From an uncultured virus (IMG/VR IMGVR_UViG_3300032006_001851) (lineage: Duplodnaviria > Heunggongvirae > Uroviricota > Caudoviricetes): 20,000 nt of DNA. The stretch is taken from IMG/VR virus record IMGVR_UViG_3300032006_001851, one strand, 5' to 3'. This document shows positions 8,765 to 14,750 of the stretch, piece by piece (positions within the stretch are counted from its first letter, which is position 1; each line of letters begins with the position of its first letter). The notes under the pieces are model-generated. The model saw only the letters and a list, made by a program, of their open reading frames with translations. It made no database searches and was not told the DNA's origin. The translations under genes and the position numbers were made by a program.

Positions 8765-9793
8765 TTAAGTACTTGTAATAAACGGCGGGAGTCCCGCCCC
8801 TAGAGCTAACGCTACATTTATCTCTGCGGCACTATCAACTATATCTTCGTCAAGAATCTTACCGGCTTCTTCAAGCATAGGTGACATTAACCTATCTTTA
8901 ATTGCACTAGACGATTCTCTAACCTTTCCCGGCACAGAGGATCTGCCAGCCTTTTTACCTGATACGGTATCATAGCTATAAAATCCTCTATACGACTTTC
9001 TTCCGAAGTCTTTATTTTTGTATAGCTGATGGCATACGCTATTATCAGAAACGGTTATGTGATCATATGCTTTTGCTATACTTTGAGACCCGTGGTAGAT
9101 AACATCAAGACCAACGAGATCACATAGTTCTGCTGGACCCATAGGCCAGCCGTGATTTTTCATGACCGTATCTATGTGAGAATAATCGTGATCTTCTGAG
9201 ACCATCTTATCAAACTCAATGAGATAAGGCATTAACATTCTATTAACTACAAAACCACTGCAATCATTGCAAATTAGCGGCACTTTTCCTATAGCTAGAG
9301 ATGTCTTGCATAGAATGGCTACGGTTTCTTCTGAGGTAGATGGACTTGAAACTACTTCAACAAGAGGCATCCTAGATACAGGATTAAAAAAGTGCATCCC
9401 TCCGAAGTTACTGTTGGACGAAATGTCTTCTACTTTAAATGTTGAAGTGTTTGTTGCTACAAACTTGTCATCCCCACACTTGGAAATAAGGTCTCTCTTT
9501 AGAGAGATGACCTCTGGAACCGCTTCTATTACGAGATCGGCAGACTCTACTGCTTCCGATAGATCGGTTGTTCCTTTGATTAATGGAATATCTTCAGCTA
9601 ATTTAAATTGACCGACATCTATGTCGTACAGGTTTACATTAATAGCTGCCTTCTCAGCCAAGGCGGAAGCGATACCCATACCCATAGCTCCTGCTCCAAG
9701 AACAGCAACAGTTTTTGGGATATCAGTATTAGCAGAAAATTTTTCCGCCTTAGCTATAAGGCCCGAATAAAGATCACTCTTGTTCTCTGACAT
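8765..9793 (-). CDS. 3-hydroxyacyl-CoA dehydrogenase (C-terminal half of a FadB/FadJ-type enzyme)
   Basis: VAVLGAGAMG, EAVPE, ATNTST, GMHFFNPVSRMPLVE (catalytic His/Glu), GFVVNR and GWPMGP..L.D.VGLDV. Ends with a partial second HAD C-domain (...LGAGLPPF). Confidence 0.92.
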   Translation of the reverse strand: MSENKSDLYSGLIAKAEKFSANTDIPKTVAVLGAGAMGMGIASALAEKAAINVNLYDIDVGQFKLAEDIPLIKGTTDLSEAVESADLVIEAVPEVISLKRDLISKCGDDKFVATNTSTFKVEDISSNSNFGGMHFFNPVSRMPLVEVVSSPSTSEETVAILCKTSLAIGKVPLICNDCSGFVVNRMLMPYLIEFDKMVSEDHDYSHIDTVMKNHGWPMGPAELCDLVGLDVIYHGSQSIAKAYDHITVSDNSVCHQLYKNKDFGRKSYRGFYSYDTVSGKKAGRSSVPGKVRESSSAIKDRLMSPMLEEAGKILDEDIVDSAAEINVALALGAGLPPFITST

Positions 9794-9854
9794 TTTAAAT
9801 CCTATAAATATTGATCGTGCTGTTTCTACTGAGACATCTTTCCAACAAATTAAG

Positions 9855-9926
9855 TACCCCCGGTGAGAGTCGAACTCACGTTACCGCTTTATAAGAACGG
9901 CGTTCTAACCGTTGAACTACGGGGGC
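9855..9926 (-). tRNA. tRNA-Ile(UAU), CCA not encoded
   Basis: GCCCCCG/CGGGGGT acceptor plus A73, D arm GTTC/GAAC, anticodon arm CCGTT-CTTATAA-AGCGG, T arm GTGAG-TTCGACT-CTCAC. Confidence 0.92.
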
Positions 9927-9932
9927 ATTTTA

Positions 9933-10130
9933 TTATGCCCTGTCTATGCGACCTATTATATCCCGTAATTCATCCGTCGTCATTATTACACTCTGTTTGC
10001 TTAACACTTTAGTTTCGTCAAACCATGTCTGCACAAACGAAACTTCTTTATTTCCCTCGGAAATGAATGCTTTAGTCTCCCAATGAAAACTCCCCATGCC
10101 TTCATCACATTTATATATTAATCGTCCCAT
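9933..10130 (-). CDS. Hypothetical protein (65 aa)
   Basis: Overlaps the aldolase 3' end and fills the gap before tRNA-Ile. Confidence 0.6.
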   Translation of the reverse strand: MGRLIYKCDEGMGSFHWETKAFISEGNKEVSFVQTWFDETKVLSKQSVIMTTDELRDIIGRIDRA

Positions 10131-11070
10131 GAAGTTCGCCTTGTGTTGCTAGGCTGCATTGATTGGCTCGTTCCAACAAAGCGTTCTTGGCATCTTGCTT
10201 TTTTGCGTTTGCCCAAAGGCTTAAAGCATTCTTCTGCAACTCTCTACCAAATGAGAATGAAACATACCAAGGCAGATTAGATTCTTTATTTATAGCATTA
10301 AGATTTTCTACAGCAACCCCGTCATCTTGGCCCCCACTGAGGAAAGCGATCATGGGAACTGCTGATGGAATTGTACGCTTGAATGATCTGGTAGTTAACT
10401 CCGCTGTAATACTCGGATCGTTTTCTACGTCAGATTCGTATCCATTTAAAATCATGTTGGGTTTAAGTATAATATACTCCAACTCAACTCTCTCGTAGAA
10501 CATGGCATCAAATACATGGTGCAATACTCTTTCGGTTACGATAGCGGCATCCTTTATATAATGAAAGCCGTCCATTATTATCTCTGGTTCAACAATGGGG
10601 ACGATACCTTCAAGCTGACACTTTTTAGCATATCTAGCAAGGTTCCAAGCGTTAGCGAGAATACAAGAACCACTATCACGAACATTAATAACAGCACGCC
10701 ACTTAGCGAATTCGGCCCCCAAGTCTTTATAGACTCTGAGTCTTTCTGTAAGTCCATCTAATCCCTCCGTTAGTTTGCAGCATTCACCATAAGGTTTTGC
10801 ACCCTTATCAACCTTGATGCCAAGAGGGATCTTATCAAGCACTGGGGCAATGGTGTCCGAATTTCTAATAGTTTCGTCATACAGTATGATGCCACTAATA
10901 TAGTCTTCCAATCCATCGGCGCTAAATAGTGTGTGTCTATATGAGTGTCTGGTTCCTTCTGTGGAATCAATACCTACAGAATCAAATCTTTTCTTGATCG
11001 TGGGGGTACTCTCATCCGCTGCGAGAATTCCCTTGCCACGAACACATAACCTATCAATAGTATCTTGCAT
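10111..11070 (-). CDS. Class I fructose-bisphosphate aldolase (glycolytic, eukaryote-like family)
   Basis: GKGILAADES, ILYDET, GIKVDKG, TEGLDGL, FAKWRAV, VPIVEPE, LKPNM (Schiff-base Lys), FLSGGQ and SFSFGRELQ. Confidence 0.95.
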   Translation of the reverse strand: MQDTIDRLCVRGKGILAADESTPTIKKRFDSVGIDSTEGTRHSYRHTLFSADGLEDYISGIILYDETIRNSDTIAPVLDKIPLGIKVDKGAKPYGECCKLTEGLDGLTERLRVYKDLGAEFAKWRAVINVRDSGSCILANAWNLARYAKKCQLEGIVPIVEPEIIMDGFHYIKDAAIVTERVLHHVFDAMFYERVELEYIILKPNMILNGYESDVENDPSITAELTTRSFKRTIPSAVPMIAFLSGGQDDGVAVENLNAINKESNLPWYVSFSFGRELQKNALSLWANAKKQDAKNALLERANQCSLATQGELHGTINI

Positions 11071-12158
11071 TAGTAATGAACCCTATTCGTCCTGATGAAA
11101 GTTGCACACTTAGGAAAGTCTTTTAAAGACCTAGCACCAACGTAGGCACATGCGCTCCTAATACCTCCCATAATTTCTTGAACGACCTCTGAGACCGGAC
11201 CCTTGTAGTCAACAGACATAGACTTGCCTTCAGATGTTCTATAGGCTCCAACTCCACCGTTATGAGCCTTCATAGCATCCTCACTCGACATACCATAAAA
11301 CTTTAATGACTTTTTAACATTCTTTTCTCCGACATCATAACCACCAGAATCATTCTTAGTGATCTCTCGCTGATAGTTCCAGTCTCCTTCACACTCCTCT
11401 GTCCCGGCGAACATGCTACCCAGCATAACAAAATCGGCCCCGGCGGCAAATGCCTTAACAACATCTCCCGGTGTCCTGCACCCACCATCTGCACAGATAT
11501 GACCGTTAAGACCATGAGCCGCATCCGCACACTCTATAATAGCTGACAACTGAGGATAACCGCAACCTGTTACCATTCTAGTTGTGCATACACTACCCGG
11601 TCCTATTCCTATTTTAACGATATCGGCCCCTCCACTGATAAGTAATTCACTAACCATCTCTGGTGTACATACATTGCCAGCCATTATAATGGCGTCGGGA
11701 AACATATCTCGTATACGCTTAACATGGTCAACGAAAACCTTCTGATAGCCGTTTGCTACATCAATGCATATCTTATGTATACCTAAACCACACTCATCAA
11801 TGTGAGGAAGTTCATAGTCTACATCTAATAGTTTTTCAACGTCTTCTTCTTTTATGCCTATAGTGTAGAACGTGTTCAGTCTGGGCTGAGAACTAAAGTA
11901 GCCCACTAAGTCATCTACTTTGTAGTATTTATGCAAACAGGTCTGCATGCAATGCTTGTGCAGACTGTCAGACATTTCCATTGTTCCTACGGTGTCCATG
12001 TTTGCGGCAACAATAGGCACAACTATTTCTTCTGCTGGCGCATGAAGATATCGGTAGTGTTTTTCAACTTCAACCCCAGACCGACTATTGAGAGTGGATC
12101 TTTTCGGTCTGATAAGAACGTCGTCGAAATCTAGCTTAACTCCATCCTCGAATTTCAT
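11070..12158 (-). CDS. guaC: GMP reductase
   Basis: KLDFDDVLIRPKRSTLNSR, AANMDTVG, CIDVANGY, GIGPGSVCTTR, GYPQLSA, ADGGC, FYGMSS, YRTSEGK and GGIRSACAYVGA. Confidence 0.95.
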   Translation of the reverse strand: MKFEDGVKLDFDDVLIRPKRSTLNSRSGVEVEKHYRYLHAPAEEIVVPIVAANMDTVGTMEMSDSLHKHCMQTCLHKYYKVDDLVGYFSSQPRLNTFYTIGIKEEDVEKLLDVDYELPHIDECGLGIHKICIDVANGYQKVFVDHVKRIRDMFPDAIIMAGNVCTPEMVSELLISGGADIVKIGIGPGSVCTTRMVTGCGYPQLSAIIECADAAHGLNGHICADGGCRTPGDVVKAFAAGADFVMLGSMFAGTEECEGDWNYQREITKNDSGGYDVGEKNVKKSLKFYGMSSEDAMKAHNGGVGAYRTSEGKSMSVDYKGPVSEVVQEIMGGIRSACAYVGARSLKDFPKCATFIRTNRVHY

Positions 12159-12187
12159 ATCAGCATTCCTGAACGAAGTATTTAAAA

Positions 12188-12270
12188 GTGCGGAGACAGG
12201 ACTTGAACCTGTATTTCCTGTTGTGACGGACAGAATACAACAGACGATCTTCCAGTTGATCTACTCCGCT
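12188..12270 (-). ncRNA. tRNA-like cloverleaf with enlarged non-canonical anticodon arm (no assignable anticodon)
   Basis: AGCGGAG/CTCCGCA acceptor (1:72 mismatch), D arm GATC-AACTGGAA-GATC, T arm ACAGG-TTCAAGT-CCTGT. The anticodon arm is an 8-bp stem TCTGTTGT/ACAACAGG with a 12-nt loop ATTCTGTCCGTC; 83 nt total. Confidence 0.75.
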
Positions 12271-12271
12271 G

Positions 12272-12406
12272 GCGATTAACCAAGCTATAGGGGGTTCGCA
12301 TTCTCACAAAATGCGATATAGAATGGCTAACCGCAATAGCCGGTGTCCTGTAACCAAATTCGGAGTATACACCTATACCCTACAGGACTACCCATAACCG
12401 GCTATT
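12272..12406 (-). ncRNA. Two abutting long bulged hairpins; putative structured RNA contiguous with the tRNA-like element
   Basis: Hairpin 1 (12335-12406): AATAGCCGGT/ACCGGCTATT, GTCCTGTA/TACAGGAC, GGGTATA/TATACTC. Hairpin 2 (12272-12334): GCGGTTAGCCA/TGGTTAATCGC, CTATA/TATAG, TCGCATT/AATGCGA. G-U pairs work only on the minus strand. Confidence 0.6.
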
Positions 12407-12723
12407 TAAACATCAAGTACCTGACGAATCTTACCGCGAAGAACCTGATAGTTTCCACGATTAGACTTAGCTTGCGTGGCGTTGGAAACATTAGTCGTTA
12501 GCGTGCTGGTCAGACCGAGCTTGCTAGCGGCTTGCTTCTTACCCTTACAGGTAGAAGCATAGGTTCCCTTGCCAGTTGAGCGAGAAACAGCAGTAATAGG
12601 GTCATACTTCTTGCCCCTAGTCTTACCATTCTTTGCGGTCCCAACGATGCTCTTACCTTCCAGACTCCAAGAATAGGCACTTGTTGTCTGCGACAATGCT
12701 ACCAAAAATTGTGTCTCTGTCAT
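12406..12723 (-). CDS. Basic Lys/Thr/Ser-rich hypothetical protein (105 aa)
   Basis: SD AAGGAG upstream and TAATG coupling; many K/R and few acidic residues. Confidence 0.75.
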   Translation of the reverse strand: MTETQFLVALSQTTSAYSWSLEGKSIVGTAKNGKTRGKKYDPITAVSRSTGKGTYASTCKGKKQAASKLGLTSTLTTNVSNATQAKSNRGNYQVLRGKIRQVLDV

Positions 12724-12863
12724 TACTCACTCTCCTTCTCGTTAAACTCTTCCTCACATTCTGCAACGTGTTTACGCAACGCTGCTAATTGTTGTTCAAC
12801 ATCAACAATTTTCTGTTTCACTTGGTCAATATAGGCTTGAGCCATTTCGTCTTTACTTGGCAT
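12723..12863 (-). CDS. Small acidic coiled-coil-like protein (46 aa)
   Basis: SD AAAGGAG, then MPSKDEMAQAYIDQVKQKIVDVEQQLAALRKHVAECEEEFNEKESE*. The stop overlaps the next ATG (TAATG). Below the ORF-track cutoff. Confidence 0.7.
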   Translation of the reverse strand: MPSKDEMAQAYIDQVKQKIVDVEQQLAALRKHVAECEEEFNEKESE

Positions 12864-12907
12864 ATCGTTCTCCTTTATAGTCGGGCCGAATATATAATAA
12901 GATTAAC

Positions 12908-13207
12908 TTAATACTTTTTCACAATTCTAGGGCTAGAAGACATACGGTTGTCTTTAGAAATTTCTACGAAGAAAGAATCATCTATACTGAAGGTTGGCAC
13001 AACACCCTCACCAGTGCCACGACCTATACACCAAACATTAACCCGCCACTTATTAGCCCAAAGATGATGAGCGTCGATCTTAAAGAAGTTAGATGGCTTG
13101 CCCAGCTTCTTCATAACCTTAGCTTTAATAGCTTCCTCCGTAGCGGAATGGTCTTTGGTTCCCTCAACGTGCTGGTGCATCGGCTGTTTAGGCTGTTGTT
13201 TTTTCAT
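12908..13207 (-). CDS. Hypothetical protein (99 aa)
   Basis: ORF in the same-strand run; LWANKWRVNVW segment; no family recognised with confidence. Confidence 0.7.
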   Translation of the reverse strand: MKKQQPKQPMHQHVEGTKDHSATEEAIKAKVMKKLGKPSNFFKIDAHHLWANKWRVNVWCIGRGTGEGVVPTFSIDDSFFVEISKDNRMSSSPRIVKKY

Positions 13208-13210
13208 AGC

Positions 13211-13438
13211 TCAATCCACTTTGTACTTACTTAAAAAATCTTGCATGTGGGCTGTGCTTGCAGCAGTAACGATGGCCGCAAACTGCCTCACTCCAATGTC
13301 TATTGAACTGTAGGCTTTTATCTCGGAGCCTTTGAATAATCCTTGTACCAGATTCAAGGTCTGGGTTTCGAGATTATAATAAGCCCTTGTTTCTACATCG
13401 AGACTTTCCGAGCTTTCAGTATCATCATAAATAATCAT
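13211..13438 (-). CDS. Hypothetical protein (75 aa)
   Basis: ATGA overlap with the upstream small ORF. Confidence 0.65.
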   Translation of the reverse strand: MIIYDDTESSESLDVETRAYYNLETQTLNLVQGLFKGSEIKAYSSIDIGVRQFAAIVTAASTAHMQDFLSKYKVD

Positions 13439-13608
13439 TGCCTATTCCAAAGAAACCACCCTAGTCCTAAACCCCCGGCAAACACGATACCGTTGTATAA
13501 TGTCACAGTTAGCATGTCTAACAGGTCATATTTTCTCATTAGGCTTTTCTTAGAAGAAGGAGTAGGAAGTGTAATGCCCTTTGACGTTTGACTTTTTGAG
13601 TCAGTCAT
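13435..13608 (-). CDS. Small putative membrane protein (57 aa)
   Basis: SD GAGGT; MTDSKSQTSKGITLPTPSSKKSLMRKYDLLDMLTVTLYNGIVFAGGLGLGWFLWNRQ*; C-terminal hydrophobic segment; ATGA coupling to the next gene. Confidence 0.65.
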   Translation of the reverse strand: MTDSKSQTSKGITLPTPSSKKSLMRKYDLLDMLTVTLYNGIVFAGGLGLGWFLWNRQ

Positions 13609-13628
13609 TTTTATTACCTCTCTAGTTA

Positions 13629-13657
13629 ATTATAGGTGTCTATCTGAAATCGGTCAA
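13629..13657 (-). promoter_or_regulatory. Near-consensus sigma70 promoter
   Basis: TTGACC (13657-13652), 17-nt spacer, TATAAT (13634-13629), about 20 nt upstream of the ATG at 13608. Confidence 0.7.
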
Positions 13658-14230
13658 GCAGTCATTTTGAAAATATTCTTCTTCGTCAACCCCCGTGACG
13701 CTTTTGAGCCTCTCTACGCCTCTCCTTATGCCTTCGCTAACGGCTTGTTTGCTGATGTCACATTGTCTGGCTATTTCGACGCAGTTGTAACCTTCAACAT
13801 AGTATTTCTTGAGATACTTTTTCATGCTCTCAGACAGACAACTATGGTTAACGAGCTTGTTTACCTTATAGCTTGTGTCAGTCTCTTCGGGTTCTCTTTG
13901 AACTATAGTATCTCCGAATTCTGTGTAGTGACCCTCGTCGTCTTCTACACGATAGTTAAGAGACAGTGTTTCCTTGGCCTTGGCATCACGCTTCTTGAGC
14001 TTGCCAGCCCAAGATACCAAAGCCCATCGGCCACTGGATATACGATAGGTTGATCTCTTAGCTCCTTTGTCGGGATCATACTTCCAATCCGCTCTCATCA
14101 TCCAGTAAGAGACAAAGGCTACACACTCATCATCTTTCTGCCATTCCCACTTACCCCATTTTCCTATAACTCTCTTTGCCTCATGCCAGTAGTCCTTAAG
14201 GGATTTACCTTCCATCATGAATACCTCCAA
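13640..14230 (-). CDS. Divergent sigma-70-family RNA polymerase sigma factor
   Basis: Region-2-like ADWKYDPDKGAKRSTY..SGRWA (cf. FDPxKGxKFSTYA) and region-4 HTH LSESMKKYLKKYYVEGYNCVEIARQCDISKQAVSEGIRRGVERLK. Confidence 0.8.
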   Translation of the reverse strand: MEVFMMEGKSLKDYWHEAKRVIGKWGKWEWQKDDECVAFVSYWMMRADWKYDPDKGAKRSTYRISSGRWALVSWAGKLKKRDAKAKETLSLNYRVEDDEGHYTEFGDTIVQREPEETDTSYKVNKLVNHSCLSESMKKYLKKYYVEGYNCVEIARQCDISKQAVSEGIRRGVERLKSVTGVDEEEYFQNDCLTDFR

Positions 14231-14494
14231 TTAGTTTTTTATTACATCAATTTCAACACAGGACATCTTCGCTCTTATCTTCTGCATAGCAACAATTGCA
14301 TCTTTTCTGGTATTGAACACCCAAGTATGAGTAACTATTCCAGAAGTATTTGTTTCTGATAATGGGGAATGTTCTGCTTGTACCAGAACTAGCCCAGAAT
14401 CATTGTGGGGTTTACCAACAATCTCCTCAAGTTCTTTATTTGCGACTCCAATTGGGTGGTCATATAAATTATACTTTACGATCAGGCGAAACAT
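14231..14494 (-). CDS. Hypothetical protein (87 aa)
   Basis: Same-strand ORF abutting the sigma gene. Confidence 0.6.
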   Translation of the reverse strand: MFRLIVKYNLYDHPIGVANKELEEIVGKPHNDSGLVLVQAEHSPLSETNTSGIVTHTWVFNTRKDAIVAMQKIRAKMSCVEIDVIKN

Positions 14495-14750
14495 TCTTTC
14501 TCCATCCTAACTTCCAAAGAATACAGGAAAGTTCGGTGGCGGTTTGTTCTACCCATTCCTCATCTTTATACCAGTCAGCAGCGTGTAATAATTCATGTAT
14601 TGTTACATCTAATTCTTCTACGCCTTCGAGTTCCTTGGATATGCGAATTTTCTTATCAGTAGTGTCAGGAGAATCGCACTTGCCAAGATAATCCCCTCTT
14701 AATTTTTTGAAGATTAGCTTCCAGTATTTTCCGCCAACCTTTATTCTCAT
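14469..14750 (-). CDS. Small HEXXH zincin-like putative metallopeptidase (93 aa)
   Basis: LGKCD...IRIS...VTIHELLHA...EEWVE minimal zincin pattern; ATGA overlap with the acyl-CoA dehydrogenase stop. Confidence 0.6.
   Translation of the reverse strand: MRIKVGGKYWKLIFKKLRGDYLGKCDSPDTTDKKIRISKELEGVEELDVTIHELLHAADWYKDEEWVEQTATELSCILWKLGWRKNVSPDRKV

Noticed and set aside
3283..11530. Nested minus-strand alternative-frame ORFs (3283-3465, 4298-4510, 10770-10970, 11303-11530)
   Set aside because: They lie within conserved enzyme genes in another frame and have no independent support.
4743..12187. Theta/HDV-like ribozymes in tRNA 3' trailers (4743-4805, 9794-9854, 12159-12187)
   Set aside because: Trailers are short and AT-rich and I could not build the nested double pseudoknot.
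12272..12406. Intrinsic terminator, MITE or CRISPR interpretation of the hairpins
   Set aside because: No U-tract, no evident target-site duplication, and the two hairpins differ in sequence. No repeat-spacer array was seen anywhere in the window.
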